NCBI GenBank assembly: GCA_034439575.1 | Contig: JAWXAQ010000005.1 | Location: 32,001 to 96,000, forward strand | Length of the DNA stretch: 64,000 nucleotides | Reading direction: 5' to 3' | Source: Leptospira sp. | GTDB lineage: Bacteria > Spirochaetota > Leptospiria > Leptospirales > Leptospiraceae | In this document: piece by piece, positions 40,779 to 51,403 of the stretch | Position numbering within the stretch: position 1 is the first letter of the stretch | How the letters are laid out: the number at the start of each line of letters is the position of its first letter | Position numbers and translations under genes: made by a program | Notes under the pieces: model-generated | The model's database searches: none | The model's input: the letters and a program-made list of their open reading frames with translations, nothing else | Told to the model about the DNA's origin: nothing

Positions 40779-42112
40779 ACTATCCACTTAAAAAGTTCTA
40801 CTAAATTTTCTTTCCCGGCCAATTGAATTTTTTGCGTCCTTACAAAATCATTTGGTTTTCCTATTTCATTCCATACATCTTCTGAAATCAGCAAAACTGC
40901 GTTCAATGGTTTACATGCCGATTCTATACGAGAAGCAGTATTCACAGTGTCGCCTATCACAGTATATTCCATTCGTTCTTCCGATCCGATGTTTCCTGCA
41001 AAAACTTCACCTGTATGAATTCCAATTCCAATTTTTATCGGGGTCTCACCAACTTTTTCTCTATCAGCATTAAAAGAACTTAACTCAACTAGCATTTGTT
41101 TTGCTGACTTAACTGCATTGATTGAATCCAGCCCAGAAATATCCGAAGGGATAGGAGTTCCAAAAGTCGCCATCACTGCGTCTCCAATAAATTTATCTAG
41201 AGTACCCGAATTTGCAAATACGGCCCTTGTCATTCGTTTGCGGTACTCTGTGAGAAATTTCGAGAGGGATGTTGTGTCCATTCCCTCAGAAAAATGTGTG
41301 AAATCACGAATATCAGAAAAAAGCACTGTCACTTTTTGTCTTTTCCCAAACTCTATCACGTTAGGTTGTGATGTGATCACATCAATGAGATCTGGGGAAA
41401 AATATCTAGATAAGGAAGTTTTTTGGGCTTCGACATTCGCCAGTCGAATGAGCATCACATAAGAACGATAGATACCATAACATACAGCAATCGCCAAACA
41501 GACATATGCAATCGGTCTTGCAACAAGTGAATCTGAGATAATAACTCCAGAACCTAAAATATATTCATACCATGATACTGTAGCCTCAACTCCACATGCA
41601 AATGCATAAATAGAAAAAATATAAAAATACAATAGAAAGAATAATAGCGAACAAATAACAAGCTGTATACGAAATTGAATCAATGCAAAAGATATTGGAA
41701 TCATAAAATAATAATACATAGGATTTTTAACAAGAAAATTGGGATTGCCGTTTCCTTCCAATAGATACCAATTCCAAATAGTCATAGCAATGAGAGTGTT
41801 ATCGACAAACAAACTCACATATTCATACTTTGATTTTAATTTTAAATTTTCTGATTTTAAAATCTGTCTATGTATTATTGTATTTGCAAAGTAGATAAGA
41901 ATTGCCCCAAAGTTTACCAAAATTCCTTTGATACCGCTCTCCATCGAAATATTCACAATTGCAGAAATAAGTAGACCGATCCCTGCAACATAACGAAACT
42001 TATTCGCCATAGCTGCGCCGTGGATTTCCTCCTCTTTTAAGAGGAACATGGCACTAGCTGGAATCGCATGATAAAAAGAAAAAAATGATTTTAGTTTTTG
42101 GTATAACAACAT
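40775..42112 (-). CDS. Membrane-bound class III adenylate cyclase
   Basis: About 6 TM helices; FSDIRDFT, DKFIGDA, YTVIGDTVNTASR (Lys+Thr, ATP-type); ATG 42112 has an AGGAG SD. Confidence 0.92.
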   Translation of the reverse strand: MLLYQKLKSFFSFYHAIPASAMFLLKEEEIHGAAMANKFRYVAGIGLLISAIVNISMESGIKGILVNFGAILIYFANTIIHRQILKSENLKLKSKYEYVSLFVDNTLIAMTIWNWYLLEGNGNPNFLVKNPMYYYFMIPISFALIQFRIQLVICSLLFFLLYFYIFSIYAFACGVEATVSWYEYILGSGVIISDSLVARPIAYVCLAIAVCYGIYRSYVMLIRLANVEAQKTSLSRYFSPDLIDVITSQPNVIEFGKRQKVTVLFSDIRDFTHFSEGMDTTSLSKFLTEYRKRMTRAVFANSGTLDKFIGDAVMATFGTPIPSDISGLDSINAVKSAKQMLVELSSFNADREKVGETPIKIGIGIHTGEVFAGNIGSEERMEYTVIGDTVNTASRIESACKPLNAVLLISEDVWNEIGKPNDFVRTQKIQLAGKENLVELFKWIV

Positions 42113-42177
42113 GGCTTTGTCTCCTTTATCATAAATTCTCATTGATTCGAAAAGAAAAAAATCAAGATCATGCTTCG

Positions 42178-42984
42178 ATGGGCTTTTTTTATTTAGGCGG
42201 AGATATAATATTATCCTTACTTGCCAATTTAGGAATATTATCAAGTGCCTATTCAAAAAACCTAAATGTATGGGAATTAATTTCTTTGGTCTTAGTTACA
42301 CTCGGTATTTATTTATTAGACCGTTCCTATGACTCTTTCAAGGAAACAACATCGACTCAAACCAAAAGAGGTCTCTTTTATCGAACTAAAATAAAAATCA
42401 TCATACCCGTAGGATTAATATTTCTAATATTTTCATTAACAATTGCTATTTGGCAATTTTCTTTATCTTTTTTACTAGGGGGATTTTGGATCGGATTGGG
42501 AATTTTAATTTATTTTTGTTTTTATTATTTTTTGAAACCAAAATTATTTCCAAAAGAAATTTTCATCGCCGTTTTTTATTGTTTGGGTGTGGCATATCCG
42601 ATTTATTATAATTCATTTCCTTCAAAACTCATTGAACTTTTCCCATATATTTTATTTTTTCTTTCTATTTTAGCAGAAGTAATGGCACTTTCCTTAAACG
42701 ATTTTGAATGGGATGCGAAACTACAATTCCATTCCTTAAGTCAGTCACTTGGGAAAAAGAAAACAAAGATAATCTTTCTAACACTCACTTTTATTGGTTT
42801 AGGTATAAGTATCTTTCTTAGTATCCAATATTTAACAACGATTAAACTAGTTGCAATGGGTTATATTTTTTATTTTATTTTTCTATTTTTAATCGAAGAA
42901 GAGAAAATACATTTTAGATTTATAGAAAAAAAAATTTTACTAGAACTGAGTTACTGTCCATTTTTCTTATATTATCTGCTTTAA
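42178..42984 (+). CDS. UbiA-like polytopic membrane protein
   Basis: Multiple TM helices; YLLDRSYD, PKE, NDFEWD Asp-rich motifs; start uncertain. Confidence 0.6.
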   Translation: MGFFYLGGDIILSLLANLGILSSAYSKNLNVWELISLVLVTLGIYLLDRSYDSFKETTSTQTKRGLFYRTKIKIIIPVGLIFLIFSLTIAIWQFSLSFLLGGFWIGLGILIYFCFYYFLKPKLFPKEIFIAVFYCLGVAYPIYYNSFPSKLIELFPYILFFLSILAEVMALSLNDFEWDAKLQFHSLSQSLGKKKTKIIFLTLTFIGLGISIFLSIQYLTTIKLVAMGYIFYFIFLFLIEEEKIHFRFIEKKILLELSYCPFFLYYLL

Positions 42985-43026
42985 ATTCTACTGTCCTTAG
43001 CGAAGGTCAAAAAAGAGAGTTGCACT

Positions 43027-43326
43027 ATGATCATCTTAATCTTTCATATTTTAGTTTTTATTGGCCTTTTATTTTCTCTACTCTTCTATTTCAAAAAAAA
43101 GGAACCCATCCTTTCTCTGGGCTTTTTACCGAGTTTGCGAACTACCCCGCAAAACCTAAAATCAAAGCCTCATTTATTTATATTTGTTACCTACATTCTT
43201 TTTTTATTATTTCCACTCACAATTGGCCTCTCCTATTATTTGCACTCTGATGCCAATGTTCTAGTTGTGATCATTTGGATCTTATGGACTTACAACTGGG
43301 TCAAATATACATTCTGGAGAGAATAA
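43027..43326 (+). CDS. Small membrane protein
   Basis: 99 aa with three hydrophobic segments. Confidence 0.6.
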   Translation: MIILIFHILVFIGLLFSLLFYFKKKEPILSLGFLPSLRTTPQNLKSKPHLFIFVTYILFLLFPLTIGLSYYLHSDANVLVVIIWILWTYNWVKYTFWRE

Positions 43327-43393
43327 AAGACTTTCCAGGGAGCATTCCTCACTTTTTCTGGTTTATAGGCAATCCACGAAATCGGGGTAAGGA

Positions 43394-44155
43394 ATGAAAA
43401 TTTTTGTACTTGTAAAACAGGTTCCAGACACGGAAACCAGCATCAAACCCGGCGACAAAGCAATCAATGAGTCCGGCGTAAAATGGATCATCTCTCCATA
43501 TGATGAATTCGCAATAGAAGAAGGCATCCGCATTCGTGAAAAAAGCGGTGGCGAAGTCGTAGCAGTTTCCCTTGGACCAGACCGAGTGGTAGAAGCACTT
43601 CGCACTGCATATGCCATGGGTGTTGATCGTGCGATTCATGTGAAAGTAGATGACTACATTACTTTCGATTCCACATATACATCTGAATTACTTGCAAATC
43701 TTATCAAAGCTGAAAATGCAGATTTAGTCATAGGTGGACGCCAATCCATTGACACTGACAGTTCACAGGTTGTGATTCAAATTGCAGAGCGACTCAATAT
43801 TCCTCACGTTGCAATGGCTCTCAAACTAGAATTTGACGGTACAAAAGTGACAGCTACTCGTGAAATCGAAGGCGGAACTGAAGTTGTAGAAACGACGGCT
43901 CCTCTAGCTATCACAGCACAAAAAGGTTTAAATGAACCTAGATACCCTAGTTTGAAAGGTATCATGTCAGCTAAGAAAAAACCAGTTGATGTTAAAAAAC
44001 CAGAAGAACTCGGTGCGACTCCATCAAAATTAGAAGTTGTATCATTAGAACCACCTCCTCCAAGAATTGCAGGTCGCAAATTAGAAGCAGGCGATGCGGC
44101 AGGTTTTGCATCTCAACTCGTAAAAGCTCTTCGCGAAGAAGCGAAGGTCATCTAA
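43394..44155 (+). CDS. etfB: Electron transfer flavoprotein subunit beta
   Basis: VKQVPD, AIEE, GRQSID, NEPRY. Confidence 0.97.
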   Translation: MKIFVLVKQVPDTETSIKPGDKAINESGVKWIISPYDEFAIEEGIRIREKSGGEVVAVSLGPDRVVEALRTAYAMGVDRAIHVKVDDYITFDSTYTSELLANLIKAENADLVIGGRQSIDTDSSQVVIQIAERLNIPHVAMALKLEFDGTKVTATREIEGGTEVVETTAPLAITAQKGLNEPRYPSLKGIMSAKKKPVDVKKPEELGATPSKLEVVSLEPPPPRIAGRKLEAGDAAGFASQLVKALREEAKVI

Positions 44156-44165
44156 GGAGAACCAA

Positions 44166-45125
44166 ATGGCAGACGTATTAGTAGTTAGCGAATTAAAAGA
44201 CGGCGAACTTAAAAAAATATCAAAAGAACTCACTTCGGCAGCACGCAAGATTGCGGATGCAAGTGGTGGAAAAGTACATACGGTTGTTATTTCTGATAAT
44301 GCAGATAAATATGCAGCAGATCTAAAAGCTGTTGGCGCTGATACAATCATTGGTGTTAACTTAGGTGATTTTAACCCAGAAGGTTATGCGAATGGAATCG
44401 CAAGTATCATCCAAGAAAAAAAACCAGGTGTGGTTTTGATTCCTCACTCTTCGCAAGGAAAAGATTATTCTGCTAGAGTTGCGATCAAAGTAAATGCGGG
44501 TATCGTAGCCGATGCAGTGGGTCTTTCTATCGATGGTGGAAAAGTAGTAGCTAAAAAACCAATTTACTCTGGTAAAGCTTACGCAAATTTCAAAATCAAT
44601 TCTGAAATTCAAATTTTTACAGTGCGAGCGAACTCACAAGAAGTAACTTTGAAAGATGGCGCGGGCGTAGTTGAAAAATCAGGTGCTGGTGCTGGTGAAG
44701 TCAGACTTAAGTCTATTTCTAAAGACCTTTCTGGTGGCAACAAAGTGCAATTAGCGGATGCATCTATCATCGTATCCGGTGGTCGCGGGATCAAAGGACC
44801 AGAAAATTGGCCAATGTTGCAAGACTTAGCAGATACACTAGGGGCAGCCCTAGGAGCGTCGCGTGCGACAGTGGATGCAGGTTGGATTTCTCACTCTCAC
44901 CAAGTCGGTCAAACTGGTAAAACAGTTTCTCCAAATTGTTATATAGCTTGCGGTATTTCTGGAGCCATTCAGCATTTAGCTGGTATGGGTTCTTCCAAAT
45001 ACATCGTAGCGATCAATAAAGATGGAGATGCTCCAATTTTTAAAGTGGCAACCTACGGTGTGGTCGCAGACCTCTTCGAAGTGGTGCCGGCTCTTACTTC
45101 CGAATTCAAAAAAGTGCTGGGGTAA
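44166..45125 (+). CDS. etfA: Electron transfer flavoprotein subunit alpha
   Basis: VSGGRG, GASR, QVGQTGK, GISGAIQH, AINKD. Confidence 0.97.
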   Translation: MADVLVVSELKDGELKKISKELTSAARKIADASGGKVHTVVISDNADKYAADLKAVGADTIIGVNLGDFNPEGYANGIASIIQEKKPGVVLIPHSSQGKDYSARVAIKVNAGIVADAVGLSIDGGKVVAKKPIYSGKAYANFKINSEIQIFTVRANSQEVTLKDGAGVVEKSGAGAGEVRLKSISKDLSGGNKVQLADASIIVSGGRGIKGPENWPMLQDLADTLGAALGASRATVDAGWISHSHQVGQTGKTVSPNCYIACGISGAIQHLAGMGSSKYIVAINKDGDAPIFKVATYGVVADLFEVVPALTSEFKKVLG

Positions 45126-45152
45126 TCCTAGCACTACTTTTGCATTGGAGTT

Positions 45153-45737
45153 GTGTTCCCCATTTTTCGAACCCTTCCTCTATTTTTCATGCTGTGTTTC
45201 ATTCTCACAAATAGAATCGAAGCACAGGATGGAAAAGAAAAACTAAACGCCGTTATAGCAAAACTTAATTCCCTCGATACATTCCGGGCTACCGTCACTA
45301 TCAATGGTGGTCTAACAGGCGTTCTTTCCTATAAAAATCCTTATCAAATGCATGTTCGTTTGAATGATGGTCGTATCATTTCCGCTAATGGAAAGGTATT
45401 ATGGTTTTATAGCCCAGATACTTCCCTCTCGGGTCGCCAAGATTTAAAAGGTGGTACTGGGGGCCTTGCAGGTATGTTGTCTGGTTATGAAACAGTCACT
45501 GTTTCAGGTAAAACTTTCCGACTTACCTCTCCTACAAAAAGATATACTGAGATCATACTTGTCGTTTCCGATAATGATTTGCCACGAGTGATTAAAATGA
45601 AACGAGAAGATGAAGAAATTACTGAAATTGCTTTTTCTGGAATTGCGACAAACATCGGACTCGGAACCAGTTTATTTAATTTTCAACCTCCAACAAATTC
45701 TCAAATCGTTGAAAATCCTCTCAATCAGAAGGAATGA
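45153..45737 (+). CDS. LolA-family lipoprotein carrier-like protein
   Basis: Signal peptide; IISANGKVLWFY, FNFQPP. Confidence 0.78.
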   Translation: MFPIFRTLPLFFMLCFILTNRIEAQDGKEKLNAVIAKLNSLDTFRATVTINGGLTGVLSYKNPYQMHVRLNDGRIISANGKVLWFYSPDTSLSGRQDLKGGTGGLAGMLSGYETVTVSGKTFRLTSPTKRYTEIILVVSDNDLPRVIKMKREDEEITEIAFSGIATNIGLGTSLFNFQPPTNSQIVENPLNQKE

Positions 45738-45740
45738 CGT

Positions 45741-47666
45741 ATGACGCCCGTTTCACGAACCGAAGCTCATAGAGTTTTTGCTGATCTGTATAGAAAATCA
45801 AGGACTCCTGAACACCAACAGCTTATCGATGAAGCAATTTTAAAATCAAACGATGTTTTTATACGTATTGATCTTATCAAAAAAGTTGATGAAGATTATC
45901 AAAATCGCAATAAACCAAAAGACAAACCCAAAGTAGCGATAGAGGAAAGACCTCAAAGAGACCAAGGCAATAGGCAAGATTCACAATCTAAACAAGAACA
46001 GAAACCTCGTAAACCAGCGGACTTAGTTTCAACAGATTCCGCCAAACAAAAACAAGCTGGTCAAAAGAAAAAACCAGAACCGGCAAAACAAGGTGGTGGA
46101 TTGTTTGCAGGTCTTTTTGGCGGTGGTGCTGCACAAAATCCGATCGCAAAATTTGCCAAAGAAACTGGAACCATTGATATAGGATTGTTTGGAAGAAATC
46201 CTACCATTTCTAATGCTGCAGAAAAACTATTTCGAACTTTAAAAGAAGATACCATCATTCCCACAATTCAGGCATTGAGAACATCAGAACAACAAGGTTG
46301 GCGTTTATGGACACCACTTGTATATAATGTGATTAGCAATTATAGTAAATTTTTTAATGCATTCGTATCACTTGATTCTTTATTTTTAGATAAGATTTCT
46401 CCTGAAATTTTTTTGGACAGGTCCATAAAAATGCAAATGTTTTATGTTAGGTTTTTACAAAGAGATGATGCTAAACAAATCATAGTAGACAACCTACCGA
46501 AAATAGTGGGCATGGATGACAAACTAACAAACAAAATGTCAGCTGTCATGGAAGGAATCAATTATGGCGTCAATCTCGAAGTTTCTAAACCAAAGCTGAC
46601 AGATGTTATAACAGCCTTTTATATCGTCTCCAAAAAGAAAATGTTTACCTGGGATGATATTGTCGCAGATCTACGTGTACCATTAGTTCAAGAGCATAAA
46701 TTCCAAGAGTCACGAGAGATTCAAAAAGAAGTCGAACTTACAGTTTCCAAAACTACGGAAGATATCAATATACGTGTTTTCAAAAAGGAAGAGCTCCAAA
46801 ATTTAAGAACACGATATTTTACTATCGATGATAAAGGAAAAATAAGTTTTGAATTTTTAAATCAGGTAGTTGATGACTTTGTAAAACTACATATCCCTGA
46901 GGCAGTAAAGAGCCAATCCATTAAAAATACATATAAGTCGATGCCGCATAAATTACTTTATCTCTTGTTACGCGACATTCAAATCGTTTATATAAATATG
47001 ATCGAAGGATACATTCGCCTAGGGGATATCAATCAAAACCAAGATTTGTTAATTGTTCAGCCAGGCCTTTTTCGAAGTGAAATTGAAACTATGAACAATC
47101 TTGTTCGATTGATAGAAAATTTTAATAAAAAATTCCCGAGTTTTCAATACACTTTCCAACAATTCAATAGCGATTTTAGCAAAGGCACTATTGATCAAAT
47201 TGTTAATAATATTTTAAAAGTATTAACGGATTCAGCAGAATTTTTCGGAGCCTTCGCAAATAAATTAAATCTAATGATAGAAAGCCATTTGATGGCAAAA
47301 TCAAACGAATCCAAAGGGAAAGGATCAGATAAAATTGCTATTACAAAAGAAAAAGTAATCGAAGAAATAAAATTACAACAAAGGTTTATTCCCCATTACG
47401 ATAAAACATTGGTGACCAAAGAACGGATCAATGGAATGACAGTTGAAGAAATATTCATTCAACTAACAAAGTATTTATATAATTATGCAGTCATTTTTAA
47501 GGACCCACAAACTTCACAAAAGTTAACTGCTCATAGAAAAATAGAACAAGAGTTAATTGTCCTACAAAATGAATACGAAAGGCTTACGAATTCTTCCTTC
47601 TCTTCCGATGGATCAGGTCTAGTCTCTGAAGTTCCCGAAAATGAACCTGGCGACTTAGGAGAATAA
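45741..47666 (+). CDS. Large hypothetical protein
   Basis: 641-aa ORF with a low-complexity K/Q/P linker. Confidence 0.78.
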   Translation: MTPVSRTEAHRVFADLYRKSRTPEHQQLIDEAILKSNDVFIRIDLIKKVDEDYQNRNKPKDKPKVAIEERPQRDQGNRQDSQSKQEQKPRKPADLVSTDSAKQKQAGQKKKPEPAKQGGGLFAGLFGGGAAQNPIAKFAKETGTIDIGLFGRNPTISNAAEKLFRTLKEDTIIPTIQALRTSEQQGWRLWTPLVYNVISNYSKFFNAFVSLDSLFLDKISPEIFLDRSIKMQMFYVRFLQRDDAKQIIVDNLPKIVGMDDKLTNKMSAVMEGINYGVNLEVSKPKLTDVITAFYIVSKKKMFTWDDIVADLRVPLVQEHKFQESREIQKEVELTVSKTTEDINIRVFKKEELQNLRTRYFTIDDKGKISFEFLNQVVDDFVKLHIPEAVKSQSIKNTYKSMPHKLLYLLLRDIQIVYINMIEGYIRLGDINQNQDLLIVQPGLFRSEIETMNNLVRLIENFNKKFPSFQYTFQQFNSDFSKGTIDQIVNNILKVLTDSAEFFGAFANKLNLMIESHLMAKSNESKGKGSDKIAITKEKVIEEIKLQQRFIPHYDKTLVTKERINGMTVEEIFIQLTKYLYNYAVIFKDPQTSQKLTAHRKIEQELIVLQNEYERLTNSSFSSDGSGLVSEVPENEPGDLGE

Positions 47667-47672
47667 ACTCAG

Positions 47673-48641
47673 ATGAGGATATTAACAGGAGTTCAACCTT
47701 CCGGAAAACTACATTTGGGTAATTATTTTTCTGCTATTAGAAAAATTTTAGAATATCAATCAAACAACGAACTTTTTCTCTTTGTTGCAAACCTTCATGC
47801 CTTAACAACTTTTTCTTCCAAAAATGATCTGGAAGATTACACTATGTCCGCTGTTCTCGACTTACTAGCGCTTGGTGTCGATCCAGAAAAAACAACTTTG
47901 TGGGTACAAAGTGATATCACCGAAGTCACAGAATTGGCATGGTATCTTTCACAATCCATCACCGTATCCCAATTGCAATTAGCACATTCATTTAAAGATA
48001 AAGTTTCTAAGGGATATAGCCCTGGTGCCGGACTATTTACCTATCCCATCTTGATGGCAGCAGATATTTTACTTTTCTCAGCCGATAAAGTTCCTGTCGG
48101 CAAAGACCAAAAACAACATTTAGAATTTGCTCGTGATATAGCCGAAAGGTTCAATGCACAATTTGGAAATTTACTTCGCATCCCCGAACCAGACATAGAC
48201 GAAAAGACTGCCACTATACCAGGTGTAGATGGTGCCAAAATGTCAAAATCTTACAAGAACACGATTGATCTATTTGCGACTGAAAAAGAGATCAGAAAGT
48301 CTGTCATGTCAATTCTGAGTGATTCCAAAGGAATCGAAGAACCAAAAGATCCAGATACTTCTATTATATTTCAAATTCATAGCCTATTCTTAGATGAAAC
48401 AGAAAAATCCTCGCTTAAGGCACGTTATTTGAAAGGTGGCGTAGGTTATGGGGATTTAAAAAAGTCACTTCTAGAAATAATTATGGAAAAATTTGCCCCC
48501 TTTAGAAAGAGAAGGGAAGAATTGGTTTTGGACCAATCATATGTAAAAAGGATCCTTAAAGAAGGCAAACAAAAAGCCAAATCTATTGCGGAACAAAAAC
48601 TAACGGAAATACGAACTTCGCTTGGAATTTACAGATCTTAA
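47673..48641 (+). CDS. trpS: Tryptophan--tRNA ligase
   Basis: [31 protein letters not shown]. Confidence 0.98.
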   Translation: MRILTGVQPSGKLHLGNYFSAIRKILEYQSNNELFLFVANLHALTTFSSKNDLEDYTMSAVLDLLALGVDPEKTTLWVQSDITEVTELAWYLSQSITVSQLQLAHSFKDKVSKGYSPGAGLFTYPILMAADILLFSADKVPVGKDQKQHLEFARDIAERFNAQFGNLLRIPEPDIDEKTATIPGVDGAKMSKSYKNTIDLFATEKEIRKSVMSILSDSKGIEEPKDPDTSIIFQIHSLFLDETEKSSLKARYLKGGVGYGDLKKSLLEIIMEKFAPFRKRREELVLDQSYVKRILKEGKQKAKSIAEQKLTEIRTSLGIYRS

Positions 48642-48695
48642 TTTTTTTCTTTCGATTTTAACTCACAAAATAATTTAAAATTTACCTTATTCTTT

Positions 48696-50569
48696 ATGGC
48701 TAAGATTTCTTTGCCTCTGCCCTACCCATGTTCGCAAGGTGGAATCATTGCGATGGGTATTTCGTGTTCGGCTACTTTGTTGAAATATTCTGAACATCTA
48801 AGTGGTGCTCATTTAACATTACTCATACTATTTATTATTTTTTGGCTCACAAACGACGCTTTGTTCTATTTTTTTAAGAAAAGAATTTTTAAATTTCTTA
48901 GAATCTTCTTCTTGGGAAGTATATTATTTTCAAGCATTGTTATATGGAAAGTATCTACGCCTAACCAAAAACCAATGAAAGGTAAATCTGAAATCGCTAT
49001 AAATTTTTCTAAAAAAATTGAATCCTTACTATCTCAAAGCATTTTACCAAAAGAATCACAATTAGTAGCGAAAGGTCTCGTTCTCGGATCAAGTGCGGGA
49101 TTACCTTTAGAAATGAAAACTAGAGCTAGAGAGGGGGGGATTTTACACTTGTTTGCTGCATCTGGATTGCACCTGGGTATCTTTATAGGTTTCAATCTTT
49201 TCATTTTAAAAAAATATTTTCCAAGGTTCGTTTTCTCCCCTATATAATCGCCTTACTCTTTGGATTTTTTTATTTATTGTTATTAGATTTCCCCGTTTCA
49301 TTTTTACGCGCTTATTGCTTCGCCGTGTATAGTTTACTCGGATCTTTATTTTATAGAAAGGTTATGCCTGGGGATGTTCTTGCCTACTCTTCTGCGAGCA
49401 TTGCTATGTTTTTATACGCAGATTTTTTGAGTGTAGGTTTCTTACTCTCGTTTGGTGCTGTGTTTGGCATTTTTTATTTTAAACCTGTGATCGATTTTTA
49501 CTTTTTACCGGGAGTCCGACATTTTCTAAAAGACAATGTAAGTATTTCACTTGCTTGTTCCTTTGCGACCTTTCCCACTTTGGCCTATTATTTTCATTCA
49601 TTTTCATTTGGCAGTTTTTGGATCAATCTTTTTGTAGTACCACTCGCATCCTTGGTATTACCAGTTCTCTATTTGAATTTGATTTGTGAATGGTTAATAA
49701 AAAGTAATTTCACATTTTTGTTTTGGCACATAACGGATTTTATTTTGCGAGTATTCTTAAAAGTTGTCACGATGACAACAAATTCATTTTCCTTTTACTA
49801 TCAGTGGGATTATTTACCTTTGAGTATCTTAATCTATTTATTTTTTATATTTTCACTTTTGATACTTCCTTATTTTATTTTCCAAAACCGATTTCATAAA
49901 TTGTATGAGAACGAAAATATAATGAAAAGTGTCATCATTGGAAGTTTAATCACATTATTTTTTTTCTTTTACTTTCCCTTTGGAATCATCAATTTTGAAT
50001 CAAAAGATGATTCAAAATTAACGACGGAATACTTTATAAATAAAGGAAATTCTATCATTCATAGCAATCATTCCGTTTATTTACTTGGAAAATGTTTTAA
50101 ACAAAAATATTCCCTTCATCAAATAGGAAAATTGAAACTTTCCCTAACGAACGAAATTAATTTGGAAGATAGATCTTGTTACCCCATTGCCCTACACCTT
50201 GCAAAAACCATCCAAAGACGAAATGGATATTTACCCAAGGTCTTACTTTCTAAAGAACCAATCGTAGTCCCAGTGTTTCTTGCAAATCTACAATCCCAGA
50301 TTGTAAGGTTTGACGGTGATAAAAAAAAACTTTTTTCTCTTCTGAAAGTCCTAAAAGAAAATGAAACAGACTTACAAAAAACAAATGAAAATAAAGGAGG
50401 AATCATCGTTTTGGATCTTCCTCCCTGGTCGAAAGAAAAATTGGAAGATTGGAAAAAATACCAAAAACTTCTTGGGATTTCTTCTTACTGGAAAATTATG
50501 AGTAAAGAGGAACTTCTTGCAAAACAAATACCGCACACCAACGGAGATCCAAGAGTTCCTATCCTCTAA
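48696..50569 (+). pseudogene. comEC: ComEC/Rec2 competence protein split by a -1 frameshift
   Basis: ORF1 has GILHLFAASGLH; ORF2 has SFLRA, GFLLSF, INLFVVP; ORF2 frame is open back through 49202. Confidence 0.8.
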
Positions 50570-51386
50570 CGGATTAAATGCGCAAAAAAAATTCGGACAA
50601 AATTTTCTCATAGATCAAAATATCACTCGTTTCATCATCGAGACTTCAAAACCTTTTTTGGAAAATCAAAAAACCGAGGTCGCCGAAATAGGAATTGGCC
50701 TTGGAACTTTAACTCATCCTATCTTAGAACTAAATTTACAAACTCATTTATTTGAAATTGATTTAGCTTATATTGAACTCGCCAAAAATACGTATTTAAA
50801 GGATTACCCCAAAGCAAAATTATATCCTGGTGATGCTCTAAAAAACCTACATTTCATCTGCGAAAAAGAAATTTTTGTTTTTGGAAATTTACCATACCAC
50901 CTAACTAGTGATTTTATAACTACTATTGTAACAGATTTTACTAATCTCGTTGGAGCCATATTTATGGTTCAAAAAGAATTCGCAGAACGTTTGACAGGTG
51001 AGACATCTTCCTTATCAATATTTTTAGAAGCCATAGGAAAAACTACACTGCTTCGGCATGTGAATAAAAAATGTTTTTACCCAGCACCCAAAATTGATTC
51101 CAGCCTGATCCTTTTTAAACCACATCCTCGCTCTGAACAAATTTTCAAAAATAAAGAAGAGTTACAAATTTGGTCTCAAATGTTACGTACTTTCTTTTGG
51201 GGAAAACGCAAACAAATCCAAGTTAGTCTACGGGAATCCCCTTTTTCCCAGGACCCACTTTTTCAAAAAGCCGTCAGTTCCGCTTGGGAAAAATTGGGCA
51301 TCGCACCCTCTAAGCGACCGGAAGAATTGAACAGAAAACAATTTCTGAATCTTGGTCAGGAATTACTTGACTCTTTGTCAAAATGA
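50517..51386 (+). CDS. rsmA: 16S rRNA m6,2A dimethyltransferase
   Basis: KKFGQNFLID, EIGIG, GNLPY, MVQKE, FYPAPKIDS. Confidence 0.96.
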   Translation: MQNKYRTPTEIQEFLSSNGLNAQKKFGQNFLIDQNITRFIIETSKPFLENQKTEVAEIGIGLGTLTHPILELNLQTHLFEIDLAYIELAKNTYLKDYPKAKLYPGDALKNLHFICEKEIFVFGNLPYHLTSDFITTIVTDFTNLVGAIFMVQKEFAERLTGETSSLSIFLEAIGKTTLLRHVNKKCFYPAPKIDSSLILFKPHPRSEQIFKNKEELQIWSQMLRTFFWGKRKQIQVSLRESPFSQDPLFQKAVSSAWEKLGIAPSKRPEELNRKQFLNLGQELLDSLSK

Positions 51387-51403
51387 TGGCAATAGTGATA
51401 CTT

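Noticed and set aside
42085-42256. Long head-to-head overlap of the cyclase and UbiA-like ORFs
   Set aside because: It disappears with ATG 42112 (AGGAG SD) and ATG 42178 as starts
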